Positions 24,853-36,244 of a DNA stretch of 64,000 bases are shown one piece after another. The notes under the pieces were generated by a model. That model had not been told where the DNA came from. It made no database searches and saw nothing but the letters and a program-made list of their open reading frames with translations. Every line of letters starts with the position of its first letter. Within the stretch, counting starts at the first letter, position 1. The stretch is from Zancudomyces culisetae HAW-14-8. Lineage: Eukaryota; Fungi; Kickxellomycota. The position numbers were made by a program, and so were the translations under genes. Location of the stretch: the NCBI GenBank assembly GCA_052426225.1, contig JBNJNM010000015.1, forward strand, positions 496,001 to 560,000. Reading direction: 5' to 3'.

Positions 24853-25165
24853 ATTTTATTGGGAAGATTGGACTTTTCTCCCTAGGAGGGTTTTTTCCTA
24901 CTTCCTATAACAAGTTCGTGTTATCATTACTTTTATATAGGAGTTTGGATTTCTAGTTTTAAGAAAAAGATTATTATCAATTTTTATTAAGTATATCATA
25001 AAAAATAAACTACAATAGTAAAATATAACAAGTGTCTACACAAAACTCAGTTATTAACATAAACGGTGAGCTTAAACACTATCCGTGAAGGAAGTAACTA
25101 GTGTATTGACACTGTGCACCCATAACGGGTAATATAATATAAATTTTAAATATTACAAAAAAAAT

Positions 25166-25237
25166 TCTCGGATAGTATAGTGGTCAGTATCCCAGTCTGT
25201 CACATTGGAGACCCGGGTTCAATTCCCGGTCCGAGAG
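25166..25237 (+). tRNA. tRNA-Asp (anticodon GTC)
   Basis: Acceptor stem TCTCGGA/TCCGAGA, A box TAGTATAGTGG, anticodon arm CCAGT-CTGTCAC-ATTGG, B box GGTTCAATTCC, discriminator G. Confidence 0.96.
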
Positions 25238-25247
25238 TTCTGATATT

Positions 25248-25319
25248 TCCGATATGGTCCAGTGGCTAGGATTTCTCGCTTTCACCGAGACGGCCGGGGT
25301 TCGATTCCCCGTATCGGAG
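25248..25319 (+). tRNA. tRNA-Glu (anticodon TTC)
   Basis: Acceptor stem TCCGATA/TATCGGA, A box TGGTCCAGTGG, anticodon arm TCTCG-CTTTCAC-CGAGA, B box GGTTCGATTCC, discriminator G. Confidence 0.96.
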
Positions 25320-25330
25320 TTTTTATTTTT
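25320..25330 (+). terminator. RNA polymerase III terminator (T5-A-T5) after the tRNA-Asp/tRNA-Glu pair
   Basis: Oligo-T run begins immediately after tRNA-Glu; there is no T4 run between the two tRNAs. Confidence 0.8.
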
Positions 25331-26309
25331 GATTATTTTTTGTATACCAGTAGAGTCTTAAGGGTGTTATAGGGTATTATATTATGAACAAGAATCATTC
25401 TGGTAGTCTTTGTTGTGTCAAGTTTCTTGTAAAAGCATTTTATTCTTTTTTTACAAATGTCAATATGTGTTTATTGAATTGACGACAATGATCATTCTAG
25501 TAAATTAGCACATTTTTCACGATTTAAAGTTTTTCGTTAATGGCATGGGCGATCGTGATCTAATTGGAAGTCATTCAATGCATTGAACTATACGTGATTC
25601 GTTAAATATAGTAGCTAATATAGAACAATATACCGAAGCTATATAAATTCGGTATAAATCAATCTGCAATCTGGTTTGAATAATGGTTTAAAAAAAAAAG
25701 AAAAATCAGCGTATTTATTTGGTAATATAAATAGCTGGATTTCATGGTATAAACAATAAAAAATTGCCAACAAGATAATGCTGATGATTTGCAAGTAAAA
25801 ATCATACTAGGTATTGGGTTGGGGGAGTATGAACAACAGAGGATGGGGAAAAGCTGGGAGTGGGAGGGGGGTGGGTTGGTAGGAATAAAGTTTGGAGATA
25901 TTGGTGAGGCGGAGTTTAGTAAGAATAAAAAAATATCATCCTATTTATTATTTGCATTTAGATAATTGATTTAATTTGATGGATTTGACGAGATTGTAAT
26001 TAGAATTGGCGAATAGTTTACTAGCAAATAAATCGGCGAGTAAACTAGTCAATGCAAAAAAAATAAAATATGAAGATTGAGGAGGTTGAATTGGGAGAGG
26101 GAGGGATGGATGAAAAAAAAAAAGTAGATATATATATGTAAAGTTGTATATAGACCAGTCTTGTAATATTTTGGAAATATAAAAGGAGAATAATAATAAA
26201 AGAAAAGTTTGTTAAAATAGCAGAGACTGTATAAAACAAAAAAAATATAAAAAGAATAGTATTAATAGAAACTACAGCCAAAGAAGAAACAGTGATAGGC
26301 ACTATCAAA

Positions 26310-28313
26310 ATGTTTAAAAAATTGGGAATAGGAAAAAAAAGTAATGTTTCAATGTACAGGAATATAAAACTATAAATGTCTATATGACCTTGTTAAGTGA
26401 CCGAGAATAATATGATGGATAACAATAATTTTAAATAGACAATTCCTTAAAGATGGAAATACAAAAGTCTCCATCACAGAAAGAATCTGCAGAAAGCTAT
26501 CATGAACAAGAAGGGCTACAAAGAGGAGTAGCAACAGAGTCAGCAAGTGTTGTTAGTGGTAGTAGTGGTGATAGCAAGGGACAGATTGAAGGTATTTTTT
26601 TATTTTTTATTCTTATTTTTTATTTTTTTTGGTTTTGAAAAGCTTGGGATGAATTAAAGGATGAAAAACAAAGTTACAGTAAATAACTTTTGATTAATGG
26701 TGAATGTATGAAATAAAATAGATATAGTAATGGCGTCGACATTGATAAAGAACAAGGCGGTGGGGAAGATGGCGATATGTGGAACAGGAGCGGATGAAGA
26801 TTTGATTGTACAAAGATTGGAGGCATGGAAACACATAGTCAAGTTGCTGGCGGGGTTCTTTGAAGACTATGAGGGAGTATTGACGGCAGAAGTGAAGGGG
26901 ATGTCAAAGCTAGATAGTGAGCTGACACCAAAGGCAGTGGATGCACAATTCTTTAATAATGTGGGGAATCCGGGCATTCTTGAAGTGTTGAGAGGGGTGC
27001 AAGAGGTGCATCGACAACATGCTACGGTGAAGTCAGAGATAGCACAGCGGGTGAAAACAGAGCTTATTCCACGACTCCAGGCGTTAAGAGTTGAGATCAA
27101 GGCAGAGGAGAAAAGCTACTGTGAAAGTATGTATAAGGTGGCGGGACCAGTAAACAAGTTGCAGATAGAATCGGATTCACTTGAAAAGAAGTTGGATGAG
27201 GCGGTTAGTATGGTGGAGACGATAAACCGGTACAATGAGAAGATTGGAAGCAATAGGAATGAGGCGATTGCAAACTCAACATCAGTATCGTTGAGCGATG
27301 CGCTAGATAAATTGGACGGAGATCCATGGGTGTTTAGAGCACAGTTGCTTGCCAAGTTGAAGCAGCGGTGTGATGCAAACAACAAGTGGTATATAGAATT
27401 CCAGGCATACAGAGTAAAGTTGAGAACGTTGGAGGAGAGTTTGTTTGTGCGGGTAAACAAAATAGTGAAAGCGCATTTAGACGATACGTTTGACAAGATT
27501 CTGCAACCAAATGTATTTGAAGGAGGTAAGGCACAGATAATGCGATTGATGGAGCACTTATTGGGAGACGAAAAGGGAGGATCGGAGGTGGAGTGGGATG
27601 TATTTGAGAAGCGATTTGCAGAGACACTGGATTATCCAATGGGTAGGTCAGGGGTGGAACGAGTTGATGCAATAGAGTATTCAAACAAGAACTCGAGCTT
27701 TTTCTCAGGAAATAGTGCAGGAGTAGTGGATGAGCGGGAGGTGACGTATGAGAAGAAGAGAGGCGGAGGAATGTTTAAGAGTTACACAGGGTTCAAGGCA
27801 GTGGTTACCAGTACAGGATTTCTGCATATGCTTTCAGAGACAAATAAGGAGTATAGCAAGTTGGATGATAGGATTTTGAATACTAGTGGTGGTGAACGGG
27901 TAGACATAGAGAAGGAGATAGAGAACAGTATATATCTATATGGATGTACGATGACACTTCCAGGCAGTGAAGAAGGGGCAAAGGAACAAAAGAAAGCAGG
28001 AGAAAGCAAGCTATACATTCATGTGCCCAAAGATAATATTGGAAAGGGAATACATAAATTTAAATTTAAAAGCACACAAGAGATGAATGAATGGATGGAG
28101 ATATTACAAAAGTATACCAAGGAAAAGAAAGAAGAAAAGAGAGTGGAAAGAGAGGTGGAAAAGAAACAAGTAAAACAAGCTGAAGAAGAAGAAGAAGAAG
28201 AGGAGGAGGAGGAGGAAGAAGAGGAGGAGGAAGAAGTAAAAGTAAAAGAAGCTGAAAATGAAAAGAAAGAGGAAGAGACAAAAGAGGTTGAAAACAAGGA
28301 AGAAAAGAATTAA
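26310..28313 (+). CDS. Slm1-like BAR + PH domain protein, paralogue 1, with polyE tail; exons 26310-26340, 26439-26591, 26722-28313 (~591 aa)
   Basis: DLIVQRLEAWKHIVKLLAGFF, coiled-coil region, DPW, EWDVFEKRF, and PH core KAVVTSTGFLHM...FKFKSTQEMNEWMEIL resemble fungal Slm1/Slm2; two phase-1 GT-AG introns. Confidence 0.75.
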
Positions 28314-28426
28314 AGAATAAGGTTTTATTAATTAACTAGTAGTTTTTGTTTTTATATAAATAAATAAATAAATGAAGGAATAAATAAATAAAAAAGGGGG
28401 AAAAAGAAAAATAGAAAGGATTTGAG

Positions 28427-31400
28427 TTAAAAGTTTGAATCAACATAAGATTGAGCAAGAGCTTTTACAGAGTTGATATTTTCAATAGAATTGTTTTGAT
28501 ACTCAAAAGTGAGCCATTTTTTGAAGAAGAATTTGACGACATTAGGTTTGAAATGAGAGATTAAGGCATGGAAACGATTGAATAGAGATCTTGGATAAGC
28601 AAGAGTATCTATTGAAGAGGAAGAGGAAGAAGAGGTGGAGGTGGAGGTGGAGGTGGAGGCGAGTTTGATTTCACAATCAAGATATACAAGCCATAAATCA
28701 GAGCGAGCCTTTTTATTAGAGGAGGTGATGAGGTTTTCAAATAGAGAACGAGCCAATTCAAAGGAGTCAATTGAATAGAGGAATTTAGCAGTTTGAATGA
28801 TTGCTTTGTTGTGTTTATGAATAGGAAGATTGGAAAGCATTTTTTGATAAACTTCAGTTGGATTGTTAGAAAAAGAAGAAGAAGATTTAGAGTTGAGTTT
28901 AGAGGTAGAAAGATACATGTAATAATTCAACCAACATTTTAGACTTTGAGGGAATAATTTCAAGAGGTATTTGAATTTATCAAGGATAGAGGTATTTAAA
29001 TACAACAGGGATTGGTATTGAGAAGTACTGTTACTGGAATCAGAGAGGTTATTGAGGATGGAAACGAGGTTATTGATATAGTGAAGGATATAACGTTTTA
29101 GAGGAGAGTCAGATAAAGGAACAAAGTTTTTGTTGATAGTAGGATTAGTAGATTTGGAATTGATTACGATATCATCAAATAATTGTTGACAAGATGAAAG
29201 GTTTAAAGAGTTTACAATATTGGAACCAAATTGGAATTCCATATTGGTAATAGCAAGATAAAGATTAAGAATTTCAGTTTCTCTCTTATTGTTATTGTTA
29301 TTATTGTTATCATTTGTAATAGATGAGGAGAGAAGGTTAGAAGTAATGGTTTTTAAACCACGATTGAATACAAGTTTGGCATTATCGATTTGTTGACCAT
29401 TGTTTAGGTAATAAGACATATAGTTGATCCAAACATAGGAAGAATTTGGAGATTCTAAAATAAGAGCTTCGTAATCATGAGGAGTCATATCATTATTACT
29501 ATTATTATTATTATTATTACTATTGTTGTTGTTATTAGTTGATAATTTAGATTTAGATTTAGATTTTTTATTTGTTGATGGTAAAGATTCATCATCATCA
29601 TCATCATTGTTATTGTTGGATTGTAAAAGATTATTCCAAGTAAAACCAGAATTCAAATCCAACAACATTGGTTCAGTTGTATTATTATCATTATCATTTT
29701 CATTATCATTATCTTGATCAACATCCATTTTATCATTATCATTATCAGAATCAATATCAGAATCAATATCGGAATCATTATCAATATCAATATCATTATC
29801 GGAATCAATTGGATGAGAATAGTTGGTAAAATAACTTTGTTTTAAACCCAAACTGATTTTCTGTCTCTTTAAATTATCATTGCTGTTTGAAATATCCAAT
29901 ATAATAGTGATAACTTTATCACCAACCGAGAATAAACCAAGTAATTTCTTGATTGATAATTTGGTTTTATTTTGATTTTTATTTTTGGTTTTCTTTTCAG
30001 AATTGTCAAAGTCAAATTCAAAGTCATCGGAAATTTCATTCAATTTACAAAGTCCAACTGATCCATTAGACAATTTAATAAACAAACCAAACTTTTCAAT
30101 ACGAAGAACTTGACCTTTAAGAATATCACCAACCTTAATTGTTGTTGTTGTTGTTTCTTGTTTGTTTTTATCATCAGTTGTATTATTATTATTATTATTA
30201 TTGTTGTTGTTGTTGTTTTTGGATGATGATGATGATAATAATAAAAGAGAATCAAGTTTGGAAGGATCATCAGATAATTCATAATGATTTTGGTTTAGTT
30301 TGTTATCTTTGGAAATAACCACTAGATTATCCAAGTATTTGCCAGCTGTATAAAGATCCTTTGAAAGATTTAAGTTTTTATACTGGATTCTACCAATTTT
30401 CAATTCACCCAAATCGATAAAGACACCGTTTTTATTCACATCAGTTATAAATCCTTTTAATCCAACACTCTCATTATTGTTATTATTGGTATTATTATCG
30501 TCAGTTGGAGATTGTAGTTTGGTGGAAAGTGCAAGACTTTTATGTTGTTTGTTATACTCTAAAACTCGACATTTAATCAATTGACCTATTTTATATTCAT
30601 TTACCCAACTACCATTTTCAATTGATTTTGTATTGATATTGGTATTGATATTGGTATTATTATCCAAGTTGGCTAAAGTAATCGATCCCTTGAGAATTAT
30701 ACATTCAGGTTTTGTAATAGAATTGGATTTAGAATTGGATTTAGATTTAGATTTTTCTAGAGTTATAAAAGTAGAAGATTGAACGTATAGTCCTTTAATA
30801 GGATCAATCTTGGTAATAAAACAACCTACAATAGTTGAACCTTTAATAGTTTCAACATCAATTTGATTATCTTGAATTAATTGATTAACTCTAGCAGTTT
30901 TAGTTGTTGTTGTTGTTGTTGTAGATGTTGTAATATTTATGGGAATGTTTTTGATACTGATTAATTTTGATAAATCTGTATAGTTATTTGTTAATTGTAA
31001 CAATCCAACTTTTTTAATTACATGTTTATCAACTACTAATTCCAATACCATTCCTCCATTATTTGATGATGATAAAGTTGAGTTTGAGTTTAGGTTTTTA
31101 GATTTGTTTGTAAAAGTAGTCAATTTAGAAGTGAATCCATATTCTTTAATCTTGTTGTTTTTGATTTCGGTATTAGTATTAGTATTAGTATCAGATTTCA
31201 AATCATTTACAGTCAATTCAATTGTAATTGGTTTCTTTAATCCACCAGATGAAGTTGAACCAAGAGATTTTGCAAGATGAATTTTCTTTATAAAATATTT
31301 AACCTTACTGTTTTCTTTTTCTTTTTCTTTTTCAATCAAGGAAACAAACTTTTCAAGAACATTTTCAAATTCCAAAGAATTCAAATCAAAACATGATTGT

Positions 31401-34400
31401 AGAGATATATCGCTGATGTGTAGAGTAGCAGTTACATTATCAGCCAACTTGTAGTTGATGGAATGATCGCTATGGCTAGTATATTCACAGATTAATGGTG
31501 TCTTGTTTTCCAAATGTGTATAGTAATCTCTAATACAAGTAATAGAAGAATCTACTGAATTTTCAATTTGAATATTCAACAATTCATCATTCTTTGTATT
31601 TGCATTTGCATTTGCATTATCGCTTGCATTTTCATTAGATTTGTTAGTGTTACTGTTAGTGTTGTTGTTAGTTGATGATGATGTATTGGATGACAAAATC
31701 TTTACAATAATTGAAGAATAATCATTATCACTATTATTATTGTTGTTTTTGTTGTTATTGGATTGATGAATAAATTTGGCAAATACTTTTTGGTTGATTT
31801 TAAAAGAAGATATAGTATTTTCTTTGGTAAAAGGATTTGGTCGATGATTGTAATTTTTGTTACTAGCAATTACCAATTTGTTTGAAAGTGAAGGAATTGA
31901 AAGAACTAAATAATCTTGTTTAACCAATTCCACAACCATTTCATACTTTTTGTTATCATTAATACTATTTGTATTTGTATTTGTATTTGAGTTTCTGTTT
32001 TCAATTAATCTTTTTTGCATAGAATAATCAATAATTCTTGATGATGAATTGGTATCCAAAACTATTGCTTCAACAATCTCTCCTTCTTTTTCTCCCTTTT
32101 CTTGTTCATTTAAAGTAATGACATGTTCAATAGGAATAAATCCAGTCTTATACTTGTTGTTATTTTTACCTTCTTGAATATTTACTATAGGTTCGACTTT
32201 ATATCCATAAGAATACTTTTCCAAAATTCTAACCTTATCAATTCTTCCAATCATTTCCAAATCATCCTTTTCATTAGCAGAGAATTTTTCAAACAAAAGT
32301 TGGTTAACAAAGATATATTCATAATCTTGTACTAATTTTTTGTTGGTTTCTGTAAAGATTTCATTTGGATTCAAATTTATAATCATCTTGATTGCATTAG
32401 TCGAATATTGTGCACCATTCTCATTCTCAATGTTTACATGATTGATTTTGATTATTTTGGCTAATACAGTTTGATCAACTTTATAGTATTCATTTGCATC
32501 AGCTACATATTTATCCATCACCATATTCAATCCTCCAGTAACTCCAATGACATCTCCACTCTCGGTTCCAAAAGTTTTGTTGATGAATTTGACTATTACT
32601 TGATTTCTTGTCACTTTAACCACATATCCTGCTACTATACTTCCCTCCTTATAACCATTCTTGTCTTTATTTGTTTTGGTTATATTCTTTACTGAATATA
32701 TCAATGCATCCTTGAAACTGGCTTCGTATATCAAAATTCCATTGTTCTGTCTACTCTGTCTCTCTCCCAAAATTATCAAGTCTCTATCCTTTATCTCGAC
32801 ATTCATCTTGAACCCATCCTTAATTCTATTGTTAATGTTATCCATATGATCACTAAGGTGTTGAGTACTGATTCTAGCCAACACTTGTTCATTGATTGCC
32901 ACCATTATTCCATTACTTGTGACTTCCATCACCTTGATTTCATTATCTTTTCCTGAAATTATATCTCCTTGTCTATATAATTTCATCCCTTCATTATTAT
33001 TATTACCACTACCACTACCATTTTGTTGTTGTTGTTGTTGTTGCAATAATTCTAAACTACTATTTGTTCCCAAATATTTTCTATACTTGCTTTTGTTTGG
33101 AATTACGATCAATTGTTTGTCGTTTTTAACTACTTCAACACTAATACTCTTTCCTATCTTTATACTATCCTCCATCTCCTCTCTTGTCAACATTGATCGT
33201 GGAATAAATCCCTTTATATTGTTGAAAAACTCTACCACAACTCCTCCATTGTTATTGGTAACTATTTTCTTGATTACTCCTACACTCTCTTTACCTACTG
33301 CCACTCCTTCCTGCTCACTAATCACATCTTTTTCCTTGAGTTCCAAAATTGTCTTTTTGCTACTCAAATATACTTTTTTTCTACCAACATCAACTCCTAT
33401 CACTCTCACTCGTATTGCTGCGTTTTCTTGGTATTTACTACTCTCCAAAATCGATGCCAATCCTGAACTTGTAGATGATCCCAAAATATCACTAATTTGA
33501 TCTTTATCTATATACCCATTTATATATTCCGATAACTTTACCATAATCCCTCCTCCTCCTCCTCCTCCTCCACTTTTCTGACTATGAATATCTCGCTTGA
33601 TAATTGTTCCCTTGACTATCTCTCCAACCTTAATATCCCGAATTGAAAATATTTTACTCTTCATTACTTTTGTTTCCATACTAACCAACAACACATTTTG
33701 TAATCCTGAATATCCTATCACTCGACTATTCACTATCTCTCCTACTCTATACTTGTTGATATTTTCTTTTTCTACTCTTCTCGCTTCTGCAATTACTTTT
33801 CTCTCTCGAATTGTCCTATTTACTCCTCCATTATCAATTCTCTTCATTTCTATTCCCTTTCGTGCATCTACTTTTATAATTTTACTTGCAATAATCTCTC
33901 CATATCTTACTGGCCACCACTCATCAAACTCAATAGAACTATTGTCCTTTTTGTTTCCCACCAACCTTGGTTCTTCCAATTCCATCACTCTACCTACTGT
34001 TGATCCTCGAATCTCTCTTTCTTGTGGTGTAATCATCACATATACTATTCTGAATTTCACCATATCTCCAATCTTCACCGCTTCATTGTTATTGTTATTG
34101 TTATTATTCCTAATTTCCAAGTTTTGTCTCTCAATCTCACACTTGTAAAATCCCATAAACTCTACCAATATTCCTTTCTCTCCTACCGCCACCACTATTC
34201 CTTCTACCAGTTGCAATGGTTGAATCGCCATCACACTAGGAATTGTATCAACTACCATTGTTCTGCTCTTGAGTTCGTGATCATCGCTTAGCTCTATTGT
34301 CCTTCCCCTAATACTTCCTACATTCATTGTTCTGCTCTTTTTGTTTTTCTTGCTCTTTCCATAACCGCCATCATCATCTTCTTCACTGACTTTGGTTATT

Positions 34401-35422
34401 ATTGCCTCTATAACCTGTCCCACCTGATATTCCCTTTTTTCTTCCTCATCATCACTATCATCATCGTCACTCATATCCTTCTTGGTACTGTTCTTTTTAA
34501 TAAATCCAGTGTTTCCTTCTATACCTGTATTTACTACATATCCGTGATCTTCTACACTACTAACACTAACTGTAATAATCATTCCTTCTCTTAATTCCTC
34601 TCGTTTCATTCCTTTATTCACCTCTCTTGGATTCATACTCATTTCAACCTTGCTTCCCTTCTTGTCCTTATTACTACTAACCACACACTTTACCATTTGT
34701 CCCAGTCTAAACATATTATTCAAATTGATCACATCTTCCTCTTTCCCTTCCTCTTCCTCTTGTAATGCCTTACTAATCCGTTTATTCAATTCCTCACTGA
34801 TCTGTGTAATTGGTATATCCCCAACTACTTGATTAGCTATCATCACCGTCAATCCTAACTCTCCTATCTTTGTTACCACTCCTAATGCCTTGGCTCCCTT
34901 TGCTATCCTCTTGTAGTTTATCTCGCTAATCTTTTTGACTGCAAGCTCATCCTCTTCTTCTACTCCATCATCCACTACTTCTCTTTCTTCGGATTCTCCT
35001 TGTTTTGAACGTTTCTCATCATCATCCTCACCAAAACTATCAACTTGCATAGCATCATCACTTTCTCCACCCTCACTGTCACTGTCACCCTCACCATCAC
35101 CCTTCTCTTCTTTTTCAACTTTTGCTTGAGACTTCTTTTTCTTTTTTTCCTGTTGTTCAACCTTCTTTTTGCCCTTTTTCTGTGAAGCTTTTTTTGTTTC
35201 TGCTTTCCCTTCTCCTTCTCCCTCCGAATCTGTATCTACTCCTTTACTCGCTCTTTTCCTCTTATTATTCTTGTTGTATTGTGTCTTGTTTGCATTTCCT
35301 CTTGCTTCTCCCACTTCTTGTGCTGTTCCTCCTCTTCCTCTTGGAAATTCTTCTTCCTCCTCCTCCTCCTTTGGCTTTCTATTATTCTTTTTATTTCCCT
35401 TTTCTATCTTGTTGGTATTCAT
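28427..35422 (-). CDS. RRP5: rRNA biogenesis protein RRP5 (S1 repeats + C-terminal HAT/TPR), intronless, 2331 aa
   Basis: N-terminal FPRG motif, VSSVEDHGYVV, repeated S1-like strands (e.g. VGDILKGQVLRIEKFGLFI...KISLGLK), DYEALILESPNSSYVWINYM, ARSLFENL...RSDLWLVYLD, KFFFKKWL.FE, VKALAQSYV. Confidence 0.93.
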   Translation of the reverse strand: MNTNKIEKGNKKNNRKPKEEEEEEEFPRGRGGTAQEVGEARGNANKTQYNKNNKRKRASKGVDTDSEGEGEGKAETKKASQKKGKKKVEQQEKKKKKSQAKVEKEEKGDGEGDSDSEGGESDDAMQVDSFGEDDDEKRSKQGESEEREVVDDGVEEEDELAVKKISEINYKRIAKGAKALGVVTKIGELGLTVMIANQVVGDIPITQISEELNKRISKALQEEEEGKEEDVINLNNMFRLGQMVKCVVSSNKDKKGSKVEMSMNPREVNKGMKREELREGMIITVSVSSVEDHGYVVNTGIEGNTGFIKKNSTKKDMSDDDDSDDEEEKREYQVGQVIEAIITKVSEEDDDGGYGKSKKNKKSRTMNVGSIRGRTIELSDDHELKSRTMVVDTIPSVMAIQPLQLVEGIVVAVGEKGILVEFMGFYKCEIERQNLEIRNNNNNNNNEAVKIGDMVKFRIVYVMITPQEREIRGSTVGRVMELEEPRLVGNKKDNSSIEFDEWWPVRYGEIIASKIIKVDARKGIEMKRIDNGGVNRTIRERKVIAEARRVEKENINKYRVGEIVNSRVIGYSGLQNVLLVSMETKVMKSKIFSIRDIKVGEIVKGTIIKRDIHSQKSGGGGGGGGIMVKLSEYINGYIDKDQISDILGSSTSSGLASILESSKYQENAAIRVRVIGVDVGRKKVYLSSKKTILELKEKDVISEQEGVAVGKESVGVIKKIVTNNNGGVVVEFFNNIKGFIPRSMLTREEMEDSIKIGKSISVEVVKNDKQLIVIPNKSKYRKYLGTNSSLELLQQQQQQQNGSGSGNNNNEGMKLYRQGDIISGKDNEIKVMEVTSNGIMVAINEQVLARISTQHLSDHMDNINNRIKDGFKMNVEIKDRDLIILGERQSRQNNGILIYEASFKDALIYSVKNITKTNKDKNGYKEGSIVAGYVVKVTRNQVIVKFINKTFGTESGDVIGVTGGLNMVMDKYVADANEYYKVDQTVLAKIIKINHVNIENENGAQYSTNAIKMIINLNPNEIFTETNKKLVQDYEYIFVNQLLFEKFSANEKDDLEMIGRIDKVRILEKYSYGYKVEPIVNIQEGKNNNKYKTGFIPIEHVITLNEQEKGEKEGEIVEAIVLDTNSSSRIIDYSMQKRLIENRNSNTNTNTNSINDNKKYEMVVELVKQDYLVLSIPSLSNKLVIASNKNYNHRPNPFTKENTISSFKINQKVFAKFIHQSNNNKNNNNNSDNDYSSIIVKILSSNTSSSTNNNTNSNTNKSNENASDNANANANTKNDELLNIQIENSVDSSITCIRDYYTHLENKTPLICEYTSHSDHSINYKLADNVTATLHISDISLQSCFDLNSLEFENVLEKFVSLIEKEKEKENSKVKYFIKKIHLAKSLGSTSSGGLKKPITIELTVNDLKSDTNTNTNTEIKNNKIKEYGFTSKLTTFTNKSKNLNSNSTLSSSNNGGMVLELVVDKHVIKKVGLLQLTNNYTDLSKLISIKNIPINITTSTTTTTTTKTARVNQLIQDNQIDVETIKGSTIVGCFITKIDPIKGLYVQSSTFITLEKSKSKSNSKSNSITKPECIILKGSITLANLDNNTNINTNINTKSIENGSWVNEYKIGQLIKCRVLEYNKQHKSLALSTKLQSPTDDNNTNNNNNESVGLKGFITDVNKNGVFIDLGELKIGRIQYKNLNLSKDLYTAGKYLDNLVVISKDNKLNQNHYELSDDPSKLDSLLLLSSSSSKNNNNNNNNNNNNTTDDKNKQETTTTTIKVGDILKGQVLRIEKFGLFIKLSNGSVGLCKLNEISDDFEFDFDNSEKKTKNKNQNKTKLSIKKLLGLFSVGDKVITIILDISNSNDNLKRQKISLGLKQSYFTNYSHPIDSDNDIDIDNDSDIDSDIDSDNDNDKMDVDQDNDNENDNDNNTTEPMLLDLNSGFTWNNLLQSNNNNDDDDDESLPSTNKKSKSKSKLSTNNNNNSNNNNNNSNNDMTPHDYEALILESPNSSYVWINYMSYYLNNGQQIDNAKLVFNRGLKTITSNLLSSSITNDNNNNNNNKRETEILNLYLAITNMEFQFGSNIVNSLNLSSCQQLFDDIVINSKSTNPTINKNFVPLSDSPLKRYILHYINNLVSILNNLSDSSNSTSQYQSLLYLNTSILDKFKYLLKLFPQSLKCWLNYYMYLSTSKLNSKSSSSFSNNPTEVYQKMLSNLPIHKHNKAIIQTAKFLYSIDSFELARSLFENLITSSNKKARSDLWLVYLDCEIKLASTSTSTSTSSSSSSSIDTLAYPRSLFNRFHALISHFKPNVVKFFFKKWLTFEYQNNSIENINSVKALAQSYVDSNF

Positions 35423-36244
35423 GATTATTTTCCTTTTCCTTTTCCTTTTCTCTTCTTTACTTTTCTTCTAACCCTTGATGGTATATGATTAATCGTCGAT
35501 ATTATAAAAGTATATATATATATATGTATATATAATTTATTTATCTGTTTGTTTAGTTTGTTTGCTCTTGTATTTGAGCTCCCTTCTCCCCTTTATTTTA
35601 TTTTTTTATGATTCTCCTTACTTTTGTATTTACAGAATATTTTATAAAGTATTTTGAAATCAAACTTTTTTTTAACTACATTCCTATTTTTTAAAGACTA
35701 GTAAAAGTTTGATGTAGGAAAAATAAAAAAAAATTTTTTTTTTTCTCAATATAATTATTACTTGCGCATAAATTCCTCTTAAAACTTTTAAACAAAAGGA
35801 GAAAAAAAAAATTTTTTTTTTCTTTTTTTTTTTTCGATCCATCCATCTTTACAACTGTAATCCAAATACACAAAACTTTCAACATTTATTTTGCAGTCTC
35901 TTTTAATATTTAAACACAAACTTACTAGTTTGGATGGTAATTGGTTAGGAAAATGCTATTCGTTTAAACTTGCTTTTTTTTTTTTTTTTTTTTTTTTACC
36001 TCTTTGAACAGAAAAAAAGAGTAAAAAACTTTAATCATATTACTTGCTACTAATCGACAATTATTGTTTAATTGGTTATTTCATTACGTTACTTTCTATT
36101 AATCACTTTTTATTTTGTTTTATTCTATTTTGTTTTGTTTTGTTTTGTGTTGTTTTGTTTTGAATAGAATAGTTATATTTTCAAAACTAGTCAATATCAA
36201 CTAGTATACAATTAAACACACGAATATTTAAAAAACAAAAAAAA
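35423..36244. promoter_or_regulatory. Divergent RRP5/PRP38 promoter region with An-Tn palindromes and a T24 tract
   Basis: A9T11 at 35725-35744, G-A10-T10-C at 35801-35822 and poly-T at 35974-35997 between head-to-head start codons. Confidence 0.6.

Noticed and set aside
25630-25657. Inverted repeat TATACCGAA...TTCGGTATA as a MITE end or ncRNA hairpin
   Set aside because: Only a 9-bp stem, single copy, no target-site duplication or partner end.
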